Source of the DNA: Octopus sinensis | Lineage: Eukaryota | DNA: 64,000 nucleotides | Reading direction: 5' to 3' | Assembly: GCF_006345805.1 (NCBI RefSeq) | Contig: NC_042999.1 | Coordinates: 4,216,001 to 4,280,000, forward strand | Shown: one piece after another, positions 11,476 through 23,268 of the stretch | How the letters are laid out: each line of letters opens with the position of its first letter | Position numbering within the stretch: the first letter of the stretch is position 1 | Position numbers and translations under genes: made by a program | The notes under the pieces: model-generated | Databases searched by the model: none | Told to the model about the DNA's origin: nothing | What the model saw: only the letters and a program-made list of their open reading frames with translations

Positions 11476-12649
11476 AGAGGTGATATTCTTTGTATGCATT
11501 TTTAAAACATTACAATTAATAATTCAAGAAAATTACCTGAACTACCATTAAGGTAAGTGATCCGATAAAAACGAAGTGGCCAACAAGTGAGATCAATATG
11601 TTAGATTATTGTTGCATTCATTGATCCTACTATTAACCCTGCTCTTTATTTTGCATGTGTCTATATTAGTGATTGTGTGTATGGGGGTGTATGTGTGTAT
11701 GTGTGGAACAAATATCTACCACATTGTTTTGATCCCTTTCATTTGCATATGAAGCTAAATCAGCTACGATTTTTGTCTTAACCAGAAAATACTCAGCTCC
11801 ACCTCAATGATTAATAAATCCTCACAAAGCCCTGGTGAGACACAGATTAGACTTCTACTCTCATATTTAGGGCAATACTGTTGTTATTAGACACATGCAC
11901 ACACACACACACGCACACACACACTACATCTAGAAAATGTCATTTGACTTATTGGAATAAAATCATTCACAGACACTCCAGCTTCTAACGTATAGAGATG
12001 TCTTTCCTCTCTGCCTTTTTCTTTCAAAGTGACTTCTACTCCTCATAGTTCACTGGTCTCATTACTACCTCTTCTCAGTTAATAATTTAATCTCCAGTTG
12101 CTGATCTTCCTTGAATGCAAACCTTGTATATTTCACTGGTCTGGGATTCTACTTAAGCCCAACTTTTCCTTGAATGTTACTGTAAAAAACCCGTATAATG
12201 TTTCTGATAAGTAGCCCTTGTTTAAACATAAGCATGATATTTCATCTATCTTGTTTGGTGTATAGCCAGTTGGATGGAAGTGGAAAAGGAAGAGGAAGAT
12301 TACAAGAAACATGACTGAGGACAATGCAATAAGAGGTTGATGAAGAACCTTAAAATGACTTAAGAGGATAGCATAAGATTGGTGTGTGTGGTGAAAATTG
12401 ATCAAAGCCCAATGTATTCCATGGATGCAAAAGGATTAGGGGGTGAATATATTTGACATAACCACAGAATACTAACATCTCTATGCTGTAAGGAATATGT
12501 GCCCTAAAGGCTTAATTACGTGTAATTGGAATGAGTTTTAGCACATTTTCTCTGCTATGCAATCTTCCATTTTAATACCTCATCCCATACATCTTCACTT
12601 GCAATGAATTGCAAAAAAATTAATGAATAAGTTATAAGCTTAAATATAA

Positions 12650-12760
12650 TTCTGCTGTGTGGTACCTTGGGCAAGTGTTTTCTACAATAGCATTGGGCCA
12701 AGCAAAGCATTGTGGATGGATTTGAGAGATGGAAACTGAAAGAAATCCATTGTGTGTGTG

Positions 12761-12799
<39 letters not shown>

Positions 12800-13150
12800 T
12801 CATCATCATCATCGTTTAACGTCCGCTTTCCATGCTAGCATGGGTTGGACAATTTTGACTGAGGGCTGGCAAACCAGATGGCTGCACCAGGCTCCAATCT
12901 TGATCTGGCAGAGTTTCTACAGCTGGATGCCCTTCCTAACACCAACCACTCATTACAAGTGTGTGTGTGTGTGTGTGTACTTGACAACTGGTGTCGGTGT
13001 GTTTACATTCCTGTGACTTAGTGGTTTGGCATAAAAAACCTTGCTTAAAAAAAGGTGCTGGGGGTCGATTCATTTGACTAAAATTCTTGAAGGAAGTGCC
13101 CCACGATGGCCACAGTCTAATGACTGAAACAAGTAAAAGAATAAAAGAAT
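12650..13150 (+). mobile_element. Older CORE-type SINE with an RTE 3' UTR fragment (12798-12952, minus) nested in its internal microsatellite
   Basis: CCTTGGGCAAGTG at ~12665, tail GACTGAAACAAGTAAAAGAATAAAAGA; nested (CAT)n-led fragment. Confidence 0.8.
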
Positions 13151-13372
13151 ATTGCCAACTATTGAAAACCATTTCTATTTTGAAGTAGTTTGAGATATCT
13201 GATCTATTATAAAATATGTCTACAGTGCTTCTGTTTTCTGCAACATGTTGTCTTCAAGTGTCTTTTCTGCAGCAGTTGTCTTCAAGTGTCCTATTCATGT
13301 GTGCATTCTGAAATTAGAGTTCTAAAGCAGGTTTTCAATACTCTTGAATACTATGTCAAAGTAGAGGAATTG

Positions 13373-13411
<39 letters not shown>

Positions 13412-13414
<3 letters not shown>

Positions 13415-13604
13415 GGAGAATTCACAAAAAAAACAAAAGACAAAGACAGGTGGTGTAGACTACAAACAGATGTATTAGTATAACGCTCAGGAATAGAAAA
13501 AGTCTTTAACGTTTCGAGCTTATGCTCTTCCACAGAAAGGAACACAGAAAGAAAGAAGGAGAGAAAATAAAGAATGTGTAGTGGCTAGCAATCTATCATG
13601 GCGA
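13412..13604 (-). mobile_element. Penelope-like terminal-repeat fragment with minimal hammerhead-like motif (13504-13539)
   Basis: Minus strand CTTT-CTGTGGAA-GAGC-ATAA-GCTC-GAAACGTT-AAAG: stem I, stem II and palindromic stem III. Confidence 0.6.
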
Positions 13605-13710
13605 TCCATGGGAGGATATATTATCCCTTATATTTGGGGGCAATATTCTAGGTCATAACAGTGCATAACAGGCTTTTAAAGGTCATAACATCATCATCAT
13701 CATCATCATC

Positions 13711-13772
13711 TGTTTCTTTACTACCCACAAGGGGCTAAACACAGAGGGGACAAACAAGGACAGACAGACGGA
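13711..13772 (-). mobile_element. Tail-only insertion of the young Meta-type SINE inside a (CAT)n tract
   Basis: Matches 10441-10495 and 43381-43440; (ATC)n on both sides. Confidence 0.85.
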
Positions 13773-13972
13773 ATCATCATCATCATCGTTTAACGTCCAT
13801 TCTCCATGCTAGCATGGGTTGGACGGTTCGACCGGGGATCTGGGAAGCCAGAAGGCTGCACCAGGCTCCGGTCTTATCTGGCAATGTTTCTACAGCTGGA
13901 TGCCCTTCCTAACGCCAACCACTCTGTGAGTGTAGTGGGTGCTTTTTACGTGCCACCTGCACTGGTGCCAGG
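13773..13972 (-). mobile_element. RTE-LINE 3' UTR fragment
   Basis: (CAT)n CGTTTAACGTCC..CCATGCTAGCATGGGTTGG..GGATGCCCTTCCTAACGCCAACC. Confidence 0.85.
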
Positions 13973-15024
13973 TAATTATTAGCAGCTGTCCACAGTTTAA
14001 GTATTATTAAGTGACAGTGTAAAATGCATGTGGTCTGCCTTGACAATCATTAGAGATTATTTGGCCTAACATATTGAGTTTTGTTGCTCTGAACTGGGCC
14101 ATATTTTTAATATCTTAGATGTGTACTTTTAAAAGTAGTAAAGGGCCTTGCCTAAGGCATTAATCTCTGCTTGATATCACAATGTGCCAGTTAAAATGCT
14201 TTTGTTATTATCATTTCCAATACAATTCGTAGATCCTTTGCAATGGTTAATTCATTTGTAGTGTCTTTTTTTTTATATATTCTTTCTCACGTTTGAAAAA
14301 TAACAACAAATCAGTTTTTACATTTGCATTTGAAAGAGGACATAGTAGTGGGGTAATTAACAAACGTTATTGCCAAAATTATGCAATTACCCTTGCTAAT
14401 AATGAATCAAATCTGTTTTTGTTACTGCAGGCCTTCACTAACCTTCAAACTCTAGTAACTTTCCTAATGTGGTTTTCTTCCCTCCCTTTTTCTTTTCTCT
14501 ACCTTCTTCCTTCTGTTCCATCATTAAAACATTTATCTCTATTGCTTGTTTCCCACTCATCCAAAATGTTCTCAAGCACTTATCTTAACTGCAGCAACTC
14601 AACTTCAGATGCTGAGGATACGTTTCCATTATCAAAAACACTTGTCAAATTCATGGCTTCCTCAATGTTTCTCACAAAGGATCTGCGTTAAGAATCCTCA
14701 CGTTTCACCATTGATAATAAGTTTACCGTCTACAGCACACCACCTGCCTACACGTTCAATACTGAGAAAAATCAGTAATTTCAGCACACCCACACACAAT
14801 CACACTGAAACCACACAGCTGTCATCCTCATTTTCCTCCTCCTCATCATGATCATCATCATGATCATCATCATCATCATCATCAACAACAACATAATGAA
14901 AATAGCAGGGTAGTGTGAAAGTTGATCAATAGAAGAATTCAACAATCAACAGTGTATCTTTGGGGAATCATTATGTCAATAAGAAACACATGCATTGGTT
15001 CTGTTTCACTTCTTTTATTACTGT

Positions 15025-15237
15025 TAGTGGCAGGACCATAAATATGCTGAACAAAATGCTTAGTGGCATTTGTTTGGTCTTTACATTCTGAACTCAAATC
15101 CCACCAATGTCACCTCTGCCTTTCATTCTTTTGAGGTTGATAAAATGAATACCAGTCAAGTACTGGGATCAATGTAATCAATTTGCTTCACTCTTCAATA
15201 ACTGCTGGCCCTGTGCCAAATTTGAAACCATAATTAT
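15025..15237 (+). mobile_element. Old Meta-type SINE with the alternative (CTGGCCYTGTGCCAAA..TTTGAAACC) tail
   Basis: GCCTTTCATTCTTTTGAGGTTGATAAAATGAATACCAG body. Confidence 0.7.
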
Positions 15238-15377
15238 TGGAGTAGCAATAGCATGTCATTGATGAGGTCATGAATGGTACCAAAAGGACTCTGACAAACT
15301 TAACTCATTGATTTCCCAAACAACTAATTAAACAATCATTTAGTTAATTGATTAAATAATTAACAATTTGACTAATA

Positions 15378-15613
15378 ATCCTTTCTACTTAGGCAAAGGG
15401 CTTGAAATTTTGTGGGATGGGACCAGTTGATTACATTGACCCCAGTGCACAACTAGTACTTATTTCATTGATCTAAAAAAAATGAAAGGCAAAGTTGACC
15501 CTAGATGCATTTGAACTCAGAACATAAATTTAGGCAAAATGCCACAAATTTGGGCAAAATTCCGCAAAGCACTTTGTCTAGCATGTTAATGATTTTTCCA
15601 GCTCATTGCCTTC
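15378..15613 (-). mobile_element. Old Meta-type SINE
   Basis: ATGAAAGGCAAAGTTGACC...TTTGAACTCAGAAC on the plus strand. Confidence 0.7.
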
Positions 15614-16187
15614 TAGTTAACTAATAATAACAGAGAAGTGAAATAGAACCAGTGCATATGGTTTTATTAGGATAATGACCCTCCGAAGATACAACAAAAT
15701 CTCTTTCAACACAATTTTACATCAAGAGACTTGCAAACGAAATACAAAAACACATGTTATCAATTATATTCAATATTACTGTTAATGCTATTAGTATTAG
15801 AAGTTATACACACACACAGACACACACCTACATGCATACATAAATTTATATCATTCTCACTTTTTACTTTCCACTCTTTCAGCATCAGCAATACTAACAA
15901 CAACAACAGCAATTAGCAAGTAATTATCTCATTTAAAATGCATTGACCATCTGTTTCTGTTTATTAGTTTATTAATTATAAACGTTGTTGTTGCCATCCT
16001 TTTAGAAAAGAATTCTTGACGTCTTCTTTGTCAAGCCACCTGATATCAAGACTTGATGGTTTAAACAATGGAAGGCCACGGGGACTTTCTATCAAGCAAG
16101 GGAATAATCTGTGGTTGGAGTGGGGTGAGGCATTAAATAATAAGATAATGATGATAGCTTTATCTATGTAGGAAAACAACGCACATA

Positions 16188-16586
16188 TCTTTATATATAA
16201 AAGTGAAGTTGTGTGTCTGTCTCCTATGATTTAGATTCCTAACTACTCCCACATTTTGCAGTGCAATTTAACCAAAACCAGGTATCTTATAGTCGTGATT
16301 CATATCGAGCCCTTCTGGGTATTAGTGCGCGTCTACGATGAGTCTACGATTTTAAAAAAAAATTTACCATCATTTTTTCCATTTTAATGCATTTTTTCGC
16401 TATTATATAAGGGAAGTAACTCTCTAAAAATGTCTACGATGAGTCAACGATTAAAAAAAAAAAATTACCATCATTTTTTTTCCATTTTTAATGCATTTTT
16501 TTGTTATTTTTTGGCTATAGCTCTCTAAAAATGCTTATATAGTTATTTCCCTTACAAACCCGAGCAATGCCGGGCGATACTGCTAG
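16188..16586 (+). mobile_element. Non-autonomous Helitron
   Basis: A|TC 5' end, subterminal GC hairpin CCCGAGCAATGCCGGG, CTAG|T 3' end, no TSD, internal ~100-bp duplication; near-identical copy at 60361-60762. Confidence 0.85.
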
Positions 16587-16742
16587 TTGATGATAAAAAC
16601 CAATCAATTGACAACGAAAATGTAGGTAAATATGCATTGGTGTTAATAACACAGAGAATATTCTTGGTGTTAGCAGAGATGATAAAAGAAGATGAGAAAA
16701 TGCTTTCTTTGAAGATTTCCCATGCTTACACCTGTAAAATAT

Positions 16743-17240
16743 AGGTGCAGGTATGGTTGTGTGATTACAAAGTTTGCTTCCCAACCACATGGTGTAAGGT
16801 TCAGTCCATCCCTCTGCAAGTGTCTTCCACTATAACCCCAGGTTATTCAAAGCCTTAAGAGTGGATTTGGTAGATGGAAACTGAAAGAAGCCCATCAGCC
16901 CATTATATTTATGTGTGTATGTATATGTGTATGTGGATGGGTTTGTGTGTGTGTATGTTTGTGTGTGTGTGCATGTGTGTCTGTACATGTGTGTGTGTGT
17001 GTGTGTGTCCTTATCTTGACATTGCAGGAGAATTGTAAATAAGCATTCCCATCGTATTAGTAGTGTCGTTCATTTCCAGTCTTCCATGAAAACATGTCTG
17101 GCCATGGGAAAATATTGCCTTACTTGGAAACAGGTGAGGGTTGGTGACGAGAAGAGCATCCATCTGTAGAAAATCTGCCTAAATGAATACAGTCCAACAA
17201 GAATGATAAAGAGGACATTAAAACGACAGTGTGGATGATA
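16743..17240 (+). mobile_element. CORE-type SINE with RTE-like tail
   Basis: Same tRNA head and body as 20374 up to the (TG)n tract, then a different 3' half ending GAAGAGCATCCATCTGTAGAAAATCTGCC..GACATTAAAACGA. Confidence 0.75.
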
Positions 17241-17467
17241 TTTTCTAGGCCTGACAGTTGTTGTCAGTTGGGGAAATTAAAAAAGATAAAAACACTGACT
17301 ATGCATCATGTCTGCTTCAAAGGCATTTCAGGCCTGTCATTAATTTGATCATCATGGTCCTTTTACACTCTGCTTTTAATATCAATGTAATATTTTCTTA
17401 TCTTTGATAATATTGATGTTAACAACTGTAGAAAAAATGCCACCACTATTTTCTACTTACTCTCTAT

Positions 17468-17661
17468 CCTCATTATTATCATTATCATCATTATCACCAT
17501 CATCATCATCACCATCACAATTGTCATCATCATCATCATCATCATCATCACCATCATCACTACCAACAACACTACTGGCACCATTACTGCCATCATTATC
17601 ATCATCATTGCTGTTGCTGCCTCCAACATGATCATCATCATCAACACCATCTTCATCATCA
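17468..17661. repeat. Degenerate (CAT)n microsatellite
   Basis: Direct reading. Confidence 0.85.
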
Positions 17662-18752
17662 CTTGAAATTCATCATTAGCTTGATGAATTGTAAGATTTC
17701 TAAATGCTAGTTCTTTTGTGTTAAGTTTTATTCTACTCACATATTTGATTAGTTAATTCTGTTACTCTTCATACTGTAGTAATAAATTCACTATAGCAAA
17801 ATAAGTTTTAACAAACCCATACAAACTTGTTTTTAATTTCATTTTCATTTAAAGCTTGGTAATACGAAATATTCATTTATTCTAATGACCCAACTTTTTC
17901 ACTTGACCCCCTACCATTTCAGTAACAAAATTAAATATTGTCCATATAATTTATTATCTTCTTTATCACGCTCATTTTGTCTGTGTGTCCTAAATAATTT
18001 AAAAGTATCATCAGTACTGGTGTTTTGTTTTTTTCATTTGTGTTTCCATATTATTTGTGGAACTATTTCTGTTCTTTACCTTGTTTATTGTTCTTCGTTT
18101 TATTGGCTCATTACCAAACTGTAGGTATATTGATTTACTCTAATTCATCTTTTATTTATTTATTTTTATGTTTAAAACAGGTCCTTTTAGACAAATAAAT
18201 TAACGAAACTCTTTGAAAAATTCATAATGTTATACACCGTAATTTACGAATAAGCGTTAAACATTGTTTAAATAATATTGCTAGTAAATTATTCATAAGG
18301 TGTGTAACAAAAAGGTTTTAAGGTGAACAGCTACTATTTTCAACTGACAATATTCCCAGAAATGGCACTCTATCTGTAAGGACAGATATTAAGAAAATGT
18401 AGATCAGACTTATTTAGCTTTCCCTTGTTTTCATTTGTTTTTGTTCATTTGTTTCTACACCAGTTTTTCAATGCTAATATGGGTTACAAGAACACGCTAT
18501 AAAGGCCAAATGTTTTAGAGCCAGATACTATTCTTGTCATTAGCTCTTCTCTTTTTTTCAAGTAAGAGATCTCTTATTATACATGTCTTCAAAAGCACAA
18601 AGTGAGTGGACAGTTTGTTGACATGAGAAGTGACAACAACAACACTGCATATATTGAGCAACTTTCATAGAGTATAAACATAAGCAAACACATACATACG
18701 CTCTCTTATACATGCATACATACACACACACACACACACATATATCACTGTC

Positions 18753-19047
18753 ATCATCATTACATCATTATTTTAACACCTACTTTTCCATTACTGAATG
18801 CACCAGACAGAATTCATTGGGGCAGGTTCTCTACAGCTGGATGCTTTCTTTGCCATTAACCCTCACCTATTTCTAAACAAGTTAATATTTTCCCATGGCC
18901 AAACATGCTTCGATTGAAGACTGAAAAGGAAGGACTCTGCTTGTATGATGAGAATGCTCATTTATATCAACCCTGAGATGTTAAGACAAGGAGGTACAAA
19001 CACATACATTCCTTGCATACACACACATTCATACATGCACTCTCTCC

Positions 19048-19091
<44 letters not shown>

Positions 19092-19320
19092 TATATATAT
19101 CACTGTGACCGTGACCAACCAGGCTATCAGATGTTACTACACATCGCTGGTCACAATGCGGTTCGCATTGTTTTTTAGCCTTCAGATGACGCCACCCCGC
19201 TGGCTAAGCGAGCAGACCAATAATATATATATATATATATATGAATATATAAGAGGCTTCTTTCAATTTCCATCTATAAATCCATTCTCAAGACTTTGGT
19301 CAGCCTGGGATTGTAATAGA
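18753..19320 (-). mobile_element. Old CORE-type SINE with RTE-like tail, with a nested CpG-rich insert (19101-19220) in its (TA)n tract
   Basis: Colinear with 10083-10425 and 26985-27350. Confidence 0.65.
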
Positions 19321-20244
19321 AAACTCAAGTCGTCACTCAGTAAAGACAGACTTTTTGAGGTCGATAAGATAAGTACCAGCTGAGGAGGTAAGTTGATCAC
19401 TCGATGGCTTTGTGTTCAAATTTGAAACCAATAGTTCACAGGCGGTGCTCCAGCATGGCCGCAGTCAAATGACTGAAACAAGTAAAAAGAGTAAAAAAAA
19501 AAAGGAGTTGGGAGATTACTGTTGATCTTGATCATGACTGTTCAGTTGATCATTCAACTGAACTACCTGTTCATTCAACTGAACTACCTGTTCATTAAAT
19601 AAGCATATAAGTGGCTGAGTATTCCAGGCACATGTACCCTTAATGTGATTTTCAGGCAGAAACAGTGTGTCATGACCAAACTTTTAAAATACAGATACAA
19701 TCCATCCATTATCTCCATTTCTCTTACATGGCTTGGTTCTACTCAGGGCTAAGATACCCTGCAGTAGAACCAAACCTTTGATGTTGTGATTGTGAAGCAA
19801 GTTTCGTAACCACACAGCTATGCTGCATCCATTTATTGCTAATGTACTGAACACATTCTCAGTATTGATGTTTGAAAATTTAATCATATCATCAAGTTTA
19901 CTAATAATTGCAATTATAACATTCTATTAGAATATATTATTTTAGATACAAGTTCTGCACTAACAAGTCAATATATTCTTCCTTAATAATTTGATTTCAC
20001 TGAAATCTATTATCACATTCTGACATCATAGAGGTATGCCTACCTTATTTCTTTATGAGATTACAAGTAGCTATCTGATGCAGTTGTTTGGTAAAAGTAC
20101 ATCAGGTTAAAGAACAAAGCGATAGTTTATCTAAGATGAAATTTACTTGTCTGTGTTTGTGACACTATTCAATTCCAACTCAAGTGTTCTTGAAACTCTT
20201 GTACTGGCAAGCTCTCTCTCTCTCTCTCTCCAAAGAAACTTAGT

Positions 20245-20863
20245 TAACTCTTTTGTTACGATATTTCTGTTGAAATAATTTGCCTTACTTCCAATTAATT
20301 TTGGAAATAATGAAAAATGTCGTAAAATAACATTGTCATTATTACGCTGATGATGGGAATAAAAATTCACATAGGCGCAGGAGTGGCTGTGTGGTAAGTA
20401 GCTTGTTTAACAACCACATGGTTCCGGGTTCAGTCCCACTGTGTGGCACCTTGGGCAAGTATCTTCTACTATAGCCTTGAGCCAACCAAAGCTTTGTGAG
20501 TGGATTTGGTAGACGGAAACTGAAAGAAGCCCATCGTATATATATATATATATGCGTGTGTGTGTTTGTCCCCCTAGCATTGCTTGACAACTGATGCTGG
20601 TGTGTTTATGTCCCCGTTACTTAGCGGTTTGGCAAAAGAGACCGATAGAATAAGTACTGGGTTTACAAAAGAATAAGTCCCGGGGTCGAGTTGCTCGATT
20701 AAAGGCGGTGCTCCAGCATGGCCGCAGTCAAATGACTGAAACAAGTAAAAGAGTAAAAAGAGTATAGAATATTGATGAAAGGTTTTAATTTAGTTCACTT
20801 TAAAATGGAATTTGTATTTTAGAGGCAGGAGCAATCTCAGACAGGTTGGTATTAAATAGATTA
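20245..20863. mobile_element. piggyBac-like (TTAA) MITE interrupted by a SINE
   Basis: Both halves match 25204-25430 in reverse complement. Confidence 0.6.
20374..20764 (+). mobile_element. Full-length young CORE-type SINE
   Basis: GGCGCAGGAGTGGCTGTGTGG A box, GGTTCAGTCCC B box, (GTAAAAGA)n tail. Confidence 0.9.
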
Positions 20864-20959
20864 GGATAGATTCATTTGCCAAACAATATTTCACAAGATG
20901 TCATCATTTTCATATTTTTCAAAGAATTCACTTACACCTTATATGACACTTTACTATAA

Positions 20960-22019
20960 TGCTGTAATATCCTGGCGGCTCATTAGCAGTAGTAGATAAT
21001 TTCTGCTACATGGGGGACCAAATTAGTAGTGGGGAAGATGTACAGAGAGTGTGATAGCAAAATAACAAAAGAATGGAGGAACTTCAGAGAGCTGTTACAT
21101 CTGTTAGCCACAAAAGGTTTCTCTCCTTGAGTGAAAGGGAGATTATATGATGCATATGACAGTGAGAGGTGGGCTCTGAGTGCAGAGGACATGTGAAGGA
21201 ATGCGGTTAGTATACTCTGTTCGATGTGTAAAGTAAATGTACATTTTCAACAGAGTGGTAGTATTTTGAGAGAGAGGTTATGTATAAGAGGAATTAGATG
21301 CTGTATTCAAGAGAGAAGACTGCATTAAGGCGGTGAGCTGGCAGAAATGTTAGCACGCCGGGCGAAATGCGTAGCCGCATTTCGTCTGCCATTTCGTTCT
21401 GAGTTCAAATTCCACCGAGGTCGACTTTGCCTTTCATCCTTTCGGGGTCGATAAATTAAGTACCAGTTACAAACTGGGGTCGATATAATCGACTTAATCC
21501 GTTTGTCTGTCCTTGTTTGTCCCCTCTGTGTTTAGCCCCTTGTGGGTAGTAAAGAAATAGGTGCTGCTGACAGATCCATAAAAAAGTGATGCAGATCTCT
21601 CAAAGTAGAAGAAACACATGGAAATGGGTGGCCCAGGAAGATATCGGATGAAGTACTGAAGAATGGCCACAGGATGCTCAATCTGTCAGGTGAGATGACA
21701 AAGGACCAAGATACTTGGCAACCTGCTGTACTCAAGAGGACCCGTACTTCACAGCAGAAGTGTTAAGACCAGTCCCTCTGGTGGTGAAAAGCACTCATGG
21801 TAATTCCATGTAAAAGCACCATTGCAGTGCCCTGTAAAAGCACCTGTGTGGCGCCACATGAAAGCACTCAACACACTCTGTAAAATGATTGGTGTTAGGA
21901 AGGACAACCATGCCAAAACAGATTGGAGTCTGTTGTAGCGCCCCACCTTGCCAGCTCTGGCCAAACTGTCCAACCCATGCCATCGTGGACAATGGACGTT
22001 AAATGATGATGATGATGAT
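20960..22019 (+). mobile_element. Degenerate RTE LINE 3' end (ORF C-terminus plus 3' UTR), interrupted by a SINE
   Basis: VDNFCYMGDQISSG, WRNFRELLHLLATKGFSP*VKGRLYDA, RGIRCCIQERRLHW, GNGWPRKISDEVLK; then GTAAAAGCACC subrepeats and (GAT)n tail. Confidence 0.85.
21327..21559 (+). mobile_element. Full-length young Meta-type SINE with Tx1-like tail
   Basis: A-box-like GAGCTGGCAGAA, B box GAGTTCAAATTCC, Meta-like body; splits the host Trp codon T|GG. Confidence 0.9.
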
Positions 22020-23234
22020 GGAAGGACAACCATGCCAAAACAGATTGGAGTCTGTTGTAGCGCCCCAGCTTGCCAGCTCTGGCCAAACCATCCAACCCAT
22101 GCCATCATGGACAATGGATGTTAAATGATGATGATGATGATGATGGAAGGACAACCATGCCAAAACAGATTGGAGTCTGTTGTAGCGCCGCAGCTTGCCA
22201 GCTCTGGCCAAACCGTCCAACCCATGCCATCATGGACAATGGATGTTAAATGATGATGATGATGATGATGGAAGGACAACCATGCCAAAACAGATTGGAG
22301 TCTGTTGTAGCGCTCCAGCTTGCCAGCTCTGGCCAAACTGTCCAACCCATGCCATCATGGACAATGGATGTTAAATGATGATGATGATGATGGAAGGACA
22401 ACCATGCCAAAACAGATTGGAGTCTGTTGTAGCGCTCCAGCTTGACAGCTCTGGTCAAACTGTCCAACCCATGCCATCATGGACAATGGACGTTAATGAT
22501 GATGATGATGATGGAAGGACAACCATGCCAAAACAGATTGGAGTCTGTTGTAGCGCTCCAGCTTGCCAGCTCTGGTCAAACTGTCCAACCCATGCCATCA
22601 TGGACAATGGACGTTAAATGATGATGATGATGATGGAAGGACAACCATGCCAAAACAGATTGGAGTCTGTTGTAGCGCCCCAGCTTGCCAGCTCTGGCCA
22701 AACTGTCCAACCCATGCCATCATGGACAATGGATGTTAAATGATGATGATGATGATGATGGAAGGACAACCATGCCAAAACAGATTGGAGTCTGTTGTAG
22801 CGCTCCAGCTTGACAGCTCTGGTCAAACTGTCCAACCCATGCCATCATGGACAATGGACGTTAAATGATGATGATGATGATGGAAGGACACCATGCCAAA
22901 ACAGATTGGAGTCTGTTGTAGCGCCCCAGCTTGCCAGCTCTGGCCAAACTGTCCAACCATGCCATCATGGACAATGGATGTTAAATGATGATGATGATGA
23001 TGATGGAAGGACACCATGCCAAAACAAATTGGAGTCTGTTGTAGCGCCCCAGCTTGCCAGCTCTGGCCAAACTGTCCAACCCATGCCATCATGGACAATG
23101 GACGTTAAATGATGATGATGATGATGGAAGGACAACCATGCCAAAACAGATTGGAGTCTGTTGTAGCGCTCCAGCTTGACAGCTCTGGTCAAACCGTCCA
23201 ACCCATGCCATCATGGACAATGGACGTTAAATGA

Positions 23235-23253
<19 letters not shown>
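21898..23253 (+). repeat. Tandem array of 11 x 121-125 bp units derived from the RTE 3' terminus
   Basis: GGAAGGAC unit starts at 21898, 22020, 22145, 22270, 22392, 22513, 22635, 22760, 22882, 23005 and 23126; each unit ends in (GAT)n. Confidence 0.95.

Positions 23254-23268
<15 letters not shown>

Noticed and set aside
21898-23253. CRISPR array or retrozyme interpretation of the tandem array; His/Asp-rich ORFs
   Set aside because: Units are whole-length near-identical with no unique spacers and no cas genes; no CUGANGA/GAAA core on either strand; ORFs simply reflect (GAT)n and hit stops every one or two units
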